The notes under the pieces were generated by a model. The model searched no databases. It saw only the letters and a program-made list of their open reading frames with translations, and was not told where the DNA came from. This document shows positions 8,567-19,099 of a DNA stretch of 64,000 nucleotides, in pieces. The translations under genes and the position numbers were made by a program. Where the stretch lies: contig JAITOU010000001.1 of assembly GCA_031289755.1 (NCBI GenBank), positions 3,316-67,315 of the forward strand, in the 5' to 3' direction. The number at the start of each line of letters is the position of its first letter. Position 1 is the stretch's first letter. The stretch comes from Clostridiales bacterium (GTDB lineage: Bacteria; Bacillota; Clostridia; Christensenellales; JAISNN01).

Positions 8567-10114
8567 TTACGGATTTTCACTTTCGGCAGCTTCTGCACCT
8601 TCGGCAGCTTCTGCTGCTTCACCGACGGAGCTTATCCAAAGCTTTTCGTAAGGTATGCCTGTTATTTTTTCCAAAACCGTGCGCTCGTCGTCCGAAACAA
8701 CGGCTGCGCCTTGCGTTCTGCGTTCGGCAATAAGGCGTTTGATAAGAGCGTGCGCCTTGCCGTCAAGCTTGTAGGATGTGCTTATAAAGAGAACTATGAC
8801 ACACATAATGACGGGAATGACGGCAAGCATAATCTTTACCGCCCATATCGCCGACGGCGACGCGTCCACAGGCGACAAATCTTCTCCGGACGACAGACCG
8901 AACGCCGTCAAAACTATGCCGAAGACAAGCGTCGAGAGTCCGCCGACAATTTGCTTTCCGAAGGTATTTAGTCCGGCATTTACTCCGTCGGCGCGTTTAC
9001 CCGATATCAATTCTTGCGCGTCCGCCAAATCGGGCAGCAATGCCATCGGAACAAACCCTAAGCAAGACACGCCGCCTCCAAGCAAGCCCATTGCTATCAA
9101 AAAGAGCCATACAGGCGTTCCCGAGCTTGTAAACAAAATAATGACCGACGCCGCTATCAGCATAGGAATGTCCATAAGATACGGTCGGTGTTTATTAAAT
9201 TTTTTCATGTACAGCATATTAGGGACAAAGAAGCCTATCTCGATTGCGCCTTTGACATTGACGACGAGAAATGCCAGCGAAAAAGTAGCGATATAATTTG
9301 GATAGTCGCCGTATATCAGCCTGACAAATATGACCATAGCCGTCAAAACCGCTCCCGATATAAAAGCTCCCGAAAGTACAAGTCCGAAAAATTTCCTATA
9401 CGACTTCGAGCGCAAGACGTCGCCGTAGCTTTTGAATATAGATTTGAAGGTAATTCGTTCTCGGCTTTGCAACGGCAATTCCGGCGGTTCTTTTATCCCC
9501 CTTGCCGTGATAAAAACAAATACGGCAAAATACAAGCCAAAGACCAACCCCATTATTCCGAAGTCACGCGAGAATGCCGGCGAAAGCGGATTATTATCCG
9601 ATGTCCTGATGAGCATATCGTATATGTAGGTCGCGGACACGCCGCCGATACCCGAAAATATCATGCGCGCTACTGTATAATTTGTCCGCTCCTTGTATTC
9701 CGGCACAATCTTGGACAAAAGCGAATCGTAAGGCACGGTCGCCAACGAATACGACGTCGTCCACAGCACATAAGCAAATGCAAAATAAATCGCCTTACCG
9801 ACGGTTCCGCTTATCCCGAAGGTATTCCACAGCATAAAAAACGCGACGATTATCGGAATGACCGACGCCGACATCAAAAAACGCACCGAGCCCTTGCTCT
9901 TGCGCGTCCTGTCTACGATAATCCCCATTGCCGGGTCGATAAGCCCGTCCCAAATACGACCGATACCCGTAACGATACCTGCGGCAAGCGGATGAAGATT
10001 AGCCACCGTCGTCAAAAACAAAAAGTAATAAAGCCCGACTATCTGCCCCGCGCCGCCGCCCATTACGTCCGCCGCCCCGTATGCCGCCATGCGTAAAAAT
10101 TTGTCTTTTTTCAT
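8567..10114 (-). CDS. MFS glycoside-pentoside-hexuronide (MelB-like) symporter
   Basis: GRIWDGLIDPAMGIIVDRT motif, ERT motif, about 12 TMs. Confidence 0.9.
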   Translation of the reverse strand: MKKDKFLRMAAYGAADVMGGGAGQIVGLYYFLFLTTVANLHPLAAGIVTGIGRIWDGLIDPAMGIIVDRTRKSKGSVRFLMSASVIPIIVAFFMLWNTFGISGTVGKAIYFAFAYVLWTTSYSLATVPYDSLLSKIVPEYKERTNYTVARMIFSGIGGVSATYIYDMLIRTSDNNPLSPAFSRDFGIMGLVFGLYFAVFVFITARGIKEPPELPLQSRERITFKSIFKSYGDVLRSKSYRKFFGLVLSGAFISGAVLTAMVIFVRLIYGDYPNYIATFSLAFLVVNVKGAIEIGFFVPNMLYMKKFNKHRPYLMDIPMLIAASVIILFTSSGTPVWLFLIAMGLLGGGVSCLGFVPMALLPDLADAQELISGKRADGVNAGLNTFGKQIVGGLSTLVFGIVLTAFGLSSGEDLSPVDASPSAIWAVKIMLAVIPVIMCVIVLFISTSYKLDGKAHALIKRLIAERRTQGAAVVSDDERTVLEKITGIPYEKLWISSVGEAAEAAEGAEAAESENP

Positions 10115-10264
10115 AATAATTTGTATAATACCACAAGATTAAAATAAAAGCAACTTATTTTACATATATGTTTTATATGTTTTAGCGGTAGTGGGTAAAA
10201 AAATCGCCTTGCCGGTTAGAGCAAGGCGGATTTTGTGACGTGTACGCATAAAAATTATACAAAG

Positions 10265-10972
10265 CTATTCTTCCCCGACATACTTCGCTCTCACTTCGGA
10301 CAAAACCTCGTTGTCGTCGCGGTATCCGCCGTCCTTTGCTTGTCTTATCTCTTCGGCCAAGGCTTTGTGTAGCTTTGCCACCGAAGCGTCCGTCAAGCGA
10401 AAAAATTCCGTGAAATTCGTGAAGAAAAGCACGGCAAAGCCGAGAATCAAAGGGATAAATTCGTAAAGAGCCATTTGCTTAAAGATTATAAGCATGACGA
10501 TATCGACAAAAATCAACGCGAAGAACACTAAGATGAGTATGCGGAATTTTAAACCTTTTTTGAATATATTAAGCAAGCCGAACGCGACCGAAGCAAAGCC
10601 GAGTACGGCAAAAAGAATTGCCGTTCCGACGTGTATCCAATATAAAACCGGCTCTCTCGACATATTAGAGAATGTGCAAACAAGAAAAAATAAGCCTAAA
10701 TACAGACAGCTCCTGCCGACCTTAGACGCATAACCTATCCTTGAATAAAATCTGCGGACGTTTAAAAGAAGCGCAAGACCGCTAATCACGCTCCACAAAA
10801 TAAAAAGCGCGGCGTTGTGTCTGCCGATTTCGCTCAACGAATATTCCAGCGGATTCATAATGTCGAGATAATACATATCGTATGCCAACGCAACAATCAA
10901 GGAAGCAAGGCACACGACTTCGTTTTCCGAAAACTTCTTAATGCGCCCGAGCGCGCTTTTGATAAAATTCAT
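10265..10972 (-). CDS. Membrane protein (DUF998-like)
   Basis: YSLSEIG motif, conserved His in a TM, about 6 TMs; start at MNF after GGGAG. Confidence 0.65.
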   Translation of the reverse strand: MNFIKSALGRIKKFSENEVVCLASLIVALAYDMYYLDIMNPLEYSLSEIGRHNAALFILWSVISGLALLLNVRRFYSRIGYASKVGRSCLYLGLFFLVCTFSNMSREPVLYWIHVGTAILFAVLGFASVAFGLLNIFKKGLKFRILILVFFALIFVDIVMLIIFKQMALYEFIPLILGFAVLFFTNFTEFFRLTDASVAKLHKALAEEIRQAKDGGYRDDNEVLSEVRAKYVGEE

Positions 10973-11123
10973 ACTCCCGCTATTCTCCCCTTTAAAAACA
11001 ATGACTTTCATAAGGTTCATCGGCATTTCTCTTTTGATACTTAACGCTTAAAAAAACAAAAAACCGTCTTTTCGGACGGTTTTTTGAGCGCATTCCGATT
11101 TGGACAAATGGAATACAAATAGG

Positions 11124-11209
11124 TGGTGCCGGGGACCGGACTCGAACCGGTACGGAGTTGCCCCCGAAGGATTTTAAGTCCTTTGCGTCTGCCATTCCGC
11201 CACCTCGGC
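11124..11209 (-). tRNA. tRNA-Leu(UAA)
   Basis: Cloverleaf, anticodon loop CTTAAAA, long variable arm, encoded CCA. Confidence 0.95.
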
Positions 11210-11242
11210 ATATTTCGGCGCGCCGAGCGCGCCTTTTAATAT

Positions 11243-11317
<75 letters not shown>

Positions 11318-11377
11318 GTGAGCTTTCTTTACAATAAACCGCCTTGCTCAAAAGACAAGGCAAAATTTAAAATAAAT

Positions 11378-11452
11378 TGGAGCGGGAAACGGGATTCGGA
11401 CCCGCGACATTCGCCTTGGCAAGGCGACGCTCTACCACTGAGCCATTCCCGC
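11378..11452 (-). tRNA. tRNA-Gly(GCC)
   Basis: GCGGGAATGGCTCAG...TTGCCAA...CCA; T-loop TCCGAAT. Confidence 0.95.
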
Positions 11453-11496
11453 AAAAAAAACGGCAAAAAGCTTACCGTTTTACGAACAGCCTTTAT

Positions 11497-11525
11497 ATTA
11501 TAAAATATAGCGATAAATTTTGCAA
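11497..11525 (-). promoter_or_regulatory. Sigma-A promoter of the tRNA cluster
   Basis: TTGCAA-N17-TATAAT. Confidence 0.75.
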
Positions 11526-11674
11526 GTATTTTTAATTAATTTTTAAGGTTTCTCATTAAATATTACCGAGACGGCAGACGGCAGGCAATTCGGAGAATAG
11601 CTTTTTGCCGTATTCGGCATTATATTTCGGGCAATGCGGCATGATTTAAGACGCGCAAGTATTGCTGCGGAGCT

Positions 11675-12967
11675 TTATTTGTCAAAAATCTTTTTTAACG
11701 ACTTGCGGCGGCACTCCCTTACTCTCGTTATGTCCGCCCCCAATCCTTTGAGCGTCTCTTCAAAATTTTCGTATCCCCTGTCTATGTAATCCACGTCGTT
11801 GACAATGCTTATCCCTTTTGCGTTTAACGCCGCTATGACGAGCGCCGCGCCGCATCTCAAATCGCGTGCGGTGACTTCCGCGCCTTTATATTCGTCAATG
11901 CCGCGAATTATCGCGGTTTTGTCGTTGACATATATTTGCGCGCCCATTTTTTCGAGTTCCTTTACATGGTTAAAACGCTTTTCAAAGACCTTTTCGGTAA
12001 TGCGCGTAGTGCCGTAACACAAGGCCGAAAGCGCGGTTATTTGCGGCTGTAAGTCGGTAGGAAAATACGGATAAGGGTCGGTAAAAATATCCGGTAACGC
12101 CGCCAACCTACCGTCGCTCTTGATTGTGATAATATCGTCGCCGTAGTCTACCGAACAATAATTGTTTTTTAAAAGCTCGAAGAGCGAAAAAATATGGTAA
12201 GGACAACAATTCGTCACGGTCACCTCTCCGCCGCAAGCTAAAACCGCTATCACAAGCGTTCCCGCCGCAATCCTGTCGGGTATAGGCTTGTAAATCGCTC
12301 CGTGAAGCTTCCTGACGCCTTCGATGCTTATGAGAGAAGTGCCTGCTCCTTCTATCTTTGCGCCCATCATATTCAAAAGATTTTGCAAATCGTTGACTTC
12401 GGGTTCTTTGGCGGCATTCGATATCGTCGTTTTTCCGTCGGCGCATACGGCAGCCATCATGATATTTTGAGTAGCTCCCACGCTCGGATATTTAAATACG
12501 ATGTCGCCGCCCTTCATTGCGGAAGCGTCGCATATTATGCGGTTTTTGTTTTCGGTTATCCTTACTCCCAATTTTCTCAATGCGTCCAAATGTATATCGA
12601 CCGGTCTTGCGCCTATATCGCAGCCGCCCGGCAAATAGACCTTAGCGCGTTTAAAGCGCGCCAATACAGGCCCTAACAGTACAAAGGACGACCTGAGCGT
12701 CTTTGCAAGAGTATTCGAGATATCGGTGTTCGACGCGTTTTTTGCGTTGATAAAAATATCCTTTCCGTTATACAGAGCCTTTGCGCCCATACTGTTGATG
12801 ATTTTGAGCTTGTTTGCGATATCGACGAGGTCGGGGCAATTTTTTAAAACCACGTCCTCCTCCGTCAAAACCGACGCGGCTATAAGAGCCAAGACCGAAT
12901 TTTTTGCGGCTTTGAGCGCGACGGTTCCCTTTAACTTATTTCCGCCGTGTATTATATATTTATCCAT
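11675..12967 (-). CDS. murA: UDP-N-acetylglucosamine 1-carboxyvinyltransferase
   Basis: AKNS, LPGGCDIGARPVDIH with catalytic Cys, FPTDLQ, IDRGYE. Confidence 0.97.
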   Translation of the reverse strand: MDKYIIHGGNKLKGTVALKAAKNSVLALIAASVLTEEDVVLKNCPDLVDIANKLKIINSMGAKALYNGKDIFINAKNASNTDISNTLAKTLRSSFVLLGPVLARFKRAKVYLPGGCDIGARPVDIHLDALRKLGVRITENKNRIICDASAMKGGDIVFKYPSVGATQNIMMAAVCADGKTTISNAAKEPEVNDLQNLLNMMGAKIEGAGTSLISIEGVRKLHGAIYKPIPDRIAAGTLVIAVLACGGEVTVTNCCPYHIFSLFELLKNNYCSVDYGDDIITIKSDGRLAALPDIFTDPYPYFPTDLQPQITALSALCYGTTRITEKVFEKRFNHVKELEKMGAQIYVNDKTAIIRGIDEYKGAEVTARDLRCGAALVIAALNAKGISIVNDVDYIDRGYENFEETLKGLGADITRVRECRRKSLKKIFDK

Positions 12968-12995
12968 ATGTAAGCTCCTTGCTGTCTGATATATA

Positions 12996-13022
12996 ATTAT
13001 ATGAAAAAGCGGAAAGCATTGT
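12996..13022 (-). promoter_or_regulatory. Mother-cell (sigK/sigE-type) promoter of murA
   Basis: ACA-N16-CATATAAT. Confidence 0.55.
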
Positions 13023-13080
13023 TCGCGGTGCGTTTATCCGATACGGTTGCACGCTTTAATTATTGAGCCGTGTCAGGCTA

Positions 13081-13180
13081 TTGCCTACTGCAATGTCGCA
13101 ATGTTGCCGTTTTGTGTGTCGTCATATTGCAATGTCGCAATGTTGCAATTTTACTATGTTGCCGTATTGCCGTATTGCGT
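13081..13180. repeat. Degenerate 8-bp tandem repeat
   Basis: Units TTGCAATG/TCGCAATG/TTGCCGTA between ftsW and murA. Confidence 0.7.
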
Positions 13181-14310
13181 CAACGCAAATCTGCGGCAAG
13201 CGGATTTCTCTTTCGGGAAATATTCAGCGTCAAGCCGACGGCGGTCATATACGCGACGAGCGAAGTGCCGCCTGCGCTCATAAAGGGCAGCGGCAGACCG
13301 GTCGGCGGTATAGAGCCGCTAACAACCGCTATATTTATCGCCGTTTGTACGGCTATCAAGGCGGCTATTCCGGCGGAAAGGCAGCAATAAAATTTGTTTT
13401 CGGCGCGGAGCGCGGATTTGACAAGCCTTATGACCAAAAAAACAAAAAGCGCGATGACGAATGCCGACCCCAAAAGTCCCAACTCTTCGCCTATGATAGA
13501 AAAAATAAAATCCGATTCCGAAAACGGCAAGAAAAGATACTTTTGTCTGGAATTAAAAAGTCCGACCCCAAAAAAACCGCCCGACCCCAGCGCGTAATAC
13601 GATTGAATGAGCTGATAACCTTCGTCCTTAGGCGACGCCCACGGGTCTAAAAAGGCAGTCAGCCGCTTCATTCTGTACGGCTCTAATACTATCATGAGTA
13701 CGACGCCTATGACGATAGGAATAACCAGCATGAGCAAGGTCTTCATCTTCATTCCGCCTATAAAGAGCATTATTATCATGACAAGCCCTACGCACATCGT
13801 TATAGACATATTAGGTTCGAGCATGATAAGCACGCACATTCCGCCGCCTGCCGCAAAGACCGGCAGGGTGTTTTTGAATTTGCTCATATCGCGTACGGAC
13901 ATCTCGGCGGCGGCATAGACGATAAAGCCGAATTTTGATATTTCCGACGGTTGGATTGTAGTAAAGCCGAGATTTATCCATCTCGTCGCGCCGTAATTGC
14001 TGACCGATATTCCGGGTACAAATACGAGCGCGAGCAGGACGAGCGAAGCGATTAATATGATGTACCGCAGTTTAACTAATTTTTTTAAATCAAAATACCC
14101 TATGCCGAGCATCAATACAAGTCCGGCGGCAAACGAAACCGCTTGTTTTTTGACATAAAAAAACGAATCGCCGTAAGACAGCTCCGCACCGTAGCTGCTT
14201 GCGGAATATATCATCAATATTCCGAAAAGCCCCAAAAAAACAGTGATAACGGCGATGAGATAATCGCCTCTATGATTTTTAGCCGTCATTGCCGTAGTCA
14301 TAATCAACAA
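13180..14310 (-). CDS. ftsW: SEDS peptidoglycan polymerase FtsW/SpoVE
   Basis: GATRWI, QPSEISK, SDFIFSIIGEELG, PPTGLPLPFMSAGG. Confidence 0.95.
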   Translation of the reverse strand: MLIMTTAMTAKNHRGDYLIAVITVFLGLFGILMIYSASSYGAELSYGDSFFYVKKQAVSFAAGLVLMLGIGYFDLKKLVKLRYIILIASLVLLALVFVPGISVSNYGATRWINLGFTTIQPSEISKFGFIVYAAAEMSVRDMSKFKNTLPVFAAGGGMCVLIMLEPNMSITMCVGLVMIIMLFIGGMKMKTLLMLVIPIVIGVVLMIVLEPYRMKRLTAFLDPWASPKDEGYQLIQSYYALGSGGFFGVGLFNSRQKYLFLPFSESDFIFSIIGEELGLLGSAFVIALFVFLVIRLVKSALRAENKFYCCLSAGIAALIAVQTAINIAVVSGSIPPTGLPLPFMSAGGTSLVAYMTAVGLTLNISRKRNPLAADLR

Positions 14311-14320
14311 AAATCCTTTT

Positions 14321-15646
14321 TCAAATCAATTCTTCGGTAATGCGTACAAAATGTTTTCCGCGTTCTTCATAGCTTCTATACCTGTCAAAGCTTGCGGACG
14401 CCGGAGAAAATAACACGTTATCGGGAGCGGCGGCATAAGCCTGTTTGACGCATTCTTCGAGCGTCGCCGTCTCAGATATCTTTATAGCTTCAAAACCGCT
14501 TGCCGCCGCGAGTATTTTGTGTGAGTTTTGACCCGTTACGAATATCTCTTTGACGCTCTTCGGCATATCCTTAAACAAATCGCCGAAATTCTCGCCCTTG
14601 TCGCTCCCCCCCAATATCAAAACCGTTTCACCGACCATACTCTTTACGGCGGCGACCGTCGCGTGTACGTTCGTTCCCTTGCTGTCGTCAAAAAAATCCG
14701 TGCCGCCTATTCTTCTGACAAATTCTATCCTGTGACGCGGCGGCTCAAAGCTTTTTAAAGCCGCTTCTATATCGTCGCTCCCGATGTTTTTTAAGTATGC
14801 GGCGCAAATGGCGGCGAGAGCGTTTTCGAGATTGTGCCGTCCTTTGAGCGGTATATCGCTTACCGTACAAATCTTCTTTGCCGTCCTGCCGTCGTCAAAG
14901 ATTATATCGCCGTCCTTGACATATACGCCCTTGACGCGCCTTTCCGCCGAAAAATAAAAAAGCTCCGACTCATATCCTTGCGGCATTCCGTTGCCGAATT
15001 TTTCTCTCAAATACGGGTCGTCCGCATTTATCACGGCGAAATCGTTTCGGGTCTGATTTAAAAACAGGTTTAGCTTTGCGGCAAAATACTCCTTAATATC
15101 GGCGTGTCGGTCGAGATGGTCGGGGGCAAAATTTAAAAAGACGGCGATGTGCGGACGGAAGGTTTTTATGCTCTCCAACTGAAAGCTGCTGACCTCCAAC
15201 ACCGCTTCGTCGATACCAAGCCAAAAAAATTCTGAAAAAGGCGTACCGATATTGCCGAGCGCGGCACACCTTATGCCCGCCTTTTCAAAAATACCGTGTA
15301 TGAGCATTGTCACCGTCGTCTTGCCGTTTGTACCCGTTACGGCGGTCACGCCGCCGCCAAACGCCGCGTATGCCGTCTCCGTTTCGCCCACAACGGCTAT
15401 TCCCCTGCTTTCGGCTTGTTTTACAAGGGCTGAATTTATCGCCGCAGACGGACTGATAATGACCGAGTCTATCCCGTCAAAAAGTTTTTCCGTCTCATAT
15501 CCGCTTCTGTTCTCTCTGACAAAGCACGGGATATCCGCTACCGCTTTTTCATCGTAAATATAAACATTATCGCCCGTTTCGTTGACAAGCTTCGCCGCCG
15601 ACCGTCCGCTGCGTCCAAATCCTATGATAAGCACATTTTTACTCAT
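14321..15646 (-). CDS. murD: UDP-MurNAc-L-Ala:D-Glu ligase
   Basis: TGTNGKTT, EVSSFQL, DHLDRH, DDSKGTN, SPASASFD. Confidence 0.97.
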   Translation of the reverse strand: MSKNVLIIGFGRSGRSAAKLVNETGDNVYIYDEKAVADIPCFVRENRSGYETEKLFDGIDSVIISPSAAINSALVKQAESRGIAVVGETETAYAAFGGGVTAVTGTNGKTTVTMLIHGIFEKAGIRCAALGNIGTPFSEFFWLGIDEAVLEVSSFQLESIKTFRPHIAVFLNFAPDHLDRHADIKEYFAAKLNLFLNQTRNDFAVINADDPYLREKFGNGMPQGYESELFYFSAERRVKGVYVKDGDIIFDDGRTAKKICTVSDIPLKGRHNLENALAAICAAYLKNIGSDDIEAALKSFEPPRHRIEFVRRIGGTDFFDDSKGTNVHATVAAVKSMVGETVLILGGSDKGENFGDLFKDMPKSVKEIFVTGQNSHKILAAASGFEAIKISETATLEECVKQAYAAAPDNVLFSPASASFDRYRSYEERGKHFVRITEELI

Positions 15647-15689
15647 ACGACAAACCCTTCGTTTTTATATATAAAAAAACTCTTACATA

Positions 15690-15716
15690 AATGTATGCAG
15701 AGTTTTTTAAATGTAT
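15690..15716 (-). promoter_or_regulatory. sigE-type promoter of murD-spoVE
   Basis: ATA-N16-CATACATT. Confidence 0.65.
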
Positions 15717-15783
15717 TCCGAAGACATTACTATTCGTTTATTGCTCTAACTCTATAAAATCTAAATATTGACATTACAGAATC

Positions 15784-15808
15784 GTAGGGGCGCGCTTGCC
15801 GCGCCCGT
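15784..15808 (+). repeat. GTAG-family REP-like palindrome
   Basis: GTAGGGGCGCGCTTGCCGCGCCCGT. Confidence 0.65.
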
Positions 15809-16052
15809 AAATTTATTCAAAACGGGTGCGTGCTAAGACAATTCAACCATATATGTGTATGTAAAACTGCTTGTGGATTTCTTGTATATCTTTATTTCAA
15901 ATCCGCTCTACCCCATAACGTACACCCATATAACGGCGGAGAGTGGTGCAGATTGTGGATTTCTTTTGCCGCCGACGCGAGCGCGCGTACTCAAACGTAC
16001 GCGCCTTCGCGGCGGCGGTAAAAAAATCCGCAAGCTGTGCCGCTATACGCCG

Positions 16053-17471
16053 TTATATAATATATTTGGATTTCTTCTTTGGCGACGCTTTTATCTCCGC
16101 TTTTTTCTCTTCATACCCCTGTCTGCCAAAAAGCGCGTAAGTCGCGTTCTTGCCTTCTTCTACGCCCGGCTGATTAAAGGTGTCGATATTGAGCATAGTG
16201 CCGAGATAAGCCGTCTCTATCTGGAAGAACATTATGAGCTGTCCGATAGTGTACGCGTTGACGGACGGCAGGATTATCGTATGATTAAGTCTTTGCGCTC
16301 TTTGCAGAGCGTATTCGGTAGCCAAACGCTCGTTTGTGATAAGCTCGTTGAGCGTATGTCCGCACAAAAAATTTACGTTGGGATATTCCGCGCAGCCGTC
16401 GGCGATTTTGACGGTCTTTCTGTATTTTTCGACGGCGATAAGGGTTATGACCTTATCAAAAGGTCCTTCGGTATAGAGCTGTACCTGACTGTGCTGGTCG
16501 GTCACGCCGAGAGCCTTGACGGGTGTCTGTCCGGCATAAATTTTTTGTCCGTTCAAATCGTTTTCTTTGCCGAGACTCTCGCCCCAGAGCTGACAATACC
16601 AATCCGCCATATATCTCAGGCTGTCGGCATAAGGCATCATGACCGATATATTTTTGCCTTTTTTGATAGATATATATTGAAGAGCCGCGCTCATGAGCGG
16701 CGCATTGGCAAAAACGTCGTCGCTCTCCGAGCATACTCCGTCTATATATTTCGCGCCTTCGAGCATAGCTTCTATGTCGATTCCGAGAACGGCGGCAGGC
16801 AAAAGCCCCACCGGACAAAGCTCGCTAAACCTTCCGCCGACGTTTGCCGGTATATAAAAGGTTTTAAATTTGTTGTCCTTGGCAAGCTTTATGAGATTTC
16901 CGTTTTTTGTGTCCGTCGTAGCTATTATATGTTGATTCCATTTATCTCCGAGCTTCTTTTTGAGAATGTCGGATATGATGAGATATTGGCTCATTGTTTC
17001 GCTTGTCGAGCCGCTTTTTGTTATGACGTTAAAAACCGTTTTGCCGATATCGACGACGTCTAAAAGCGCAGCCATTCTCTCCGGGTCTACGTTGTCCTCG
17101 ACAAAAAATCTCGGACCTTTTCTCTTTCTCTTAGACAGGTCGTTGTATCTCAAATGGCAAAGCGCGTTAAAAACGGCAAACGGTCCGAGAGCCGAACCGC
17201 CTATACCGAGAACGACAAAATTGTCGAATTTTTCTATTATTTCGCCGGCGGTTTTTTTGATATCGGCGACAATTTCGCTTTGATTGTAAGGAAGCTCCGT
17301 CCAACCGGTCATACCCTTGCCGCGTCCTTTTTTGTAGGCGGCGGCGGCTTCGTCGGCAAGCGGCTTTATGAGAGTGATGTCTCTCTGTGCAATGCCTTCC
17401 TTAGAGCCTATAAAATCAGACATCATATTGTTAAAATCGACTTTGATAGGTTTCATTTGTTCTGCTTTCAT
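16053..17471 (-). CDS. pgi: Glucose-6-phosphate isomerase
   Basis: GIGGSALG, TKSGSTSET, VGGRFS, QLWGESLGK, FNQPGVEEGK. Confidence 0.97.
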   Translation of the reverse strand: MKAEQMKPIKVDFNNMMSDFIGSKEGIAQRDITLIKPLADEAAAAYKKGRGKGMTGWTELPYNQSEIVADIKKTAGEIIEKFDNFVVLGIGGSALGPFAVFNALCHLRYNDLSKRKRKGPRFFVEDNVDPERMAALLDVVDIGKTVFNVITKSGSTSETMSQYLIISDILKKKLGDKWNQHIIATTDTKNGNLIKLAKDNKFKTFYIPANVGGRFSELCPVGLLPAAVLGIDIEAMLEGAKYIDGVCSESDDVFANAPLMSAALQYISIKKGKNISVMMPYADSLRYMADWYCQLWGESLGKENDLNGQKIYAGQTPVKALGVTDQHSQVQLYTEGPFDKVITLIAVEKYRKTVKIADGCAEYPNVNFLCGHTLNELITNERLATEYALQRAQRLNHTIILPSVNAYTIGQLIMFFQIETAYLGTMLNIDTFNQPGVEEGKNATYALFGRQGYEEKKAEIKASPKKKSKYII

Positions 17472-17544
17472 GTTGTTATCTATGCTCCTTTAAATAAATT
17501 CGTAAATATTGTAAGTCTTTATAACGCGCTAAAAGCTACGGCGT

Positions 17545-18336
17545 TTAAGCCTTTGCCAGACATTCGCGCAAATAATCGTAGCCTTTTAATATCTCGCCGT
17601 AATCATTATAGTCCTTGCTGTACAATTCCATAAGCAAAGGTCCGTCATAACCGCAATCTTTGAGCCTTTTAAAGAGTGTTACAAAGTCAAACACCCCCTG
17701 ACCCGGAACGCAAAGGCGGTCGCCGTCATAATCGCACAAATGCACGTTGACAAGCCTGTCAGCCATGACGTTCAAAAAATTTTCGTAAGGCAGCTTGGAC
17801 TGCATGGCTTGCTTGATATCGAGACACGCCTTGACGTCGGGCGCTTCTTTTTTGAGATTTTCAAAAAAGTCGGGAACGGAAAAATAAGTCCAATGTACGT
17901 TTTCGTAGGCAAGACCCGCGTCGTATTCGCCTATTATGCGGCAAATCTCTCTCGTTCTTTCGCCGAGATATTTAAAATCAAATTTGTATACCGTTCTCTT
18001 TAAAAGCGCGGGACCGTGAAAGGTATAGTATTTGGCTTTTAAGGCTTGCGCGGCATAGCACAGTTTTTTATAAAAAAACAAAGCGTCGTTATAAGTACGC
18101 GGATTAGCATTATACAGCTCAGGCTCGAATTGCTGATTTAGCGAATGGACGGAGTAGACGGTTATGCCGTTTTGCAAGCGTCTTTGCTCTAAGTCGTCCA
18201 CAAAATCCTTTTCGTATTCGCAAAAGGTCGTCAAAAAAACTTCGGCTGTGTCAAAGCCGAGTTTTTTCATCAGTCCGAAAGAATTTTCGGTGACTTCCTT
18301 GTTAAAAAAAGACGCGCTGCTTATCCCTATTTTCAT
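17545..18336 (-). CDS. Xylose-isomerase-like TIM-barrel sugar-phosphate isomerase/epimerase
   Basis: YEN, CLDIKQ, NVHLCD, MELY metal motifs; 4-bp overlap with hisIE. Confidence 0.8.
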   Translation of the reverse strand: MKIGISSASFFNKEVTENSFGLMKKLGFDTAEVFLTTFCEYEKDFVDDLEQRRLQNGITVYSVHSLNQQFEPELYNANPRTYNDALFFYKKLCYAAQALKAKYYTFHGPALLKRTVYKFDFKYLGERTREICRIIGEYDAGLAYENVHWTYFSVPDFFENLKKEAPDVKACLDIKQAMQSKLPYENFLNVMADRLVNVHLCDYDGDRLCVPGQGVFDFVTLFKRLKDCGYDGPLLMELYSKDYNDYGEILKGYDYLRECLAKA

Positions 18337-19040
18337 TTTTTACCGCCGTCGGACTTTTTATTGTGTTCGGGCTTAGGCTGCTTTTGCTTTTGTTCGGAAT
18401 TTTTATTATACTTAGGGTCGGACGGCTTGCCCTCTCTCGCCGACAAGACCTCAAAGACCTCGTTCAATTCGACGCCCTCGTTTTCGAGTAAGACCAATAA
18501 ATGGTATATCAAATCGGAAATCTCGTTTTTTATCTCTTCCTTATCCTTATTTTTTACCGCTATGATTGTCTCGGACGCTTCTTCCCCTATTTTTTTGCAT
18601 ATCTTGTCCGTTCCTTTTTCAAACAAATAGGTCGTATAAGAGCCTTCCTTAGGATTGAGTTTTCTGTCCTTTATAGTCTTTATCATCGTGAAGAGAATTT
18701 CATAATTTGCAAAATTATTCTCCGTGAGCTTGTTAAAAAAACAGCTGCGGCTGCCCGTGTGGCAAGCCGCTCCGTCCTGCAAAACCTTAAAGAGCAGGCT
18801 GTCGTTGTCGCAATCCGCATAAGCTCCCACGACGTGCTGATAGTGTCCGCTCGTCGCGCCTTTATTCCACAGGGCTTGCCTGCTGCGGCTGTAATACCAC
18901 ATAAGCTTTTCTTTGAGAGTCAATTCAAGCGACTGCTTATTCATAAACGCCTGCATGAGAACCTCTCCCGTCAGCGCGTCCTGCGCTATCACGGGAATAA
19001 GTCCGTCGGCGTTAAATTTTAATTCTTCCGTTTTTATCAT
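18333..19040 (-). CDS. hisIE: Bifunctional PRA-CH/PRA-PH
   Basis: [34 protein letters not shown]. Confidence 0.97.
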   Translation of the reverse strand: MIKTEELKFNADGLIPVIAQDALTGEVLMQAFMNKQSLELTLKEKLMWYYSRSRQALWNKGATSGHYQHVVGAYADCDNDSLLFKVLQDGAACHTGSRSCFFNKLTENNFANYEILFTMIKTIKDRKLNPKEGSYTTYLFEKGTDKICKKIGEEASETIIAVKNKDKEEIKNEISDLIYHLLVLLENEGVELNEVFEVLSAREGKPSDPKYNKNSEQKQKQPKPEHNKKSDGGKK

Positions 19041-19099
19041 AATATCTCTCTTTCTCCAAAATTTTATCGACCGTTTTAAAATACGGTTTTACGCTTTGC

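Noticed and set aside
14605-14612. C7 tract in murD (also C6 in ABC-F and G6 in the MTase) as phase-variation sites
   Set aside because: Short, in frame, and encoding ordinary or conserved Gly-Gly/Pro-Pro residues.
15855-17063. 402-aa plus-strand ORF and other long antisense ORFs (e.g. 9188-10096, 33923-34723, 50057-51052, 62706-63572)
   Set aside because: They lie antisense to well-conserved genes and have no motifs of their own.
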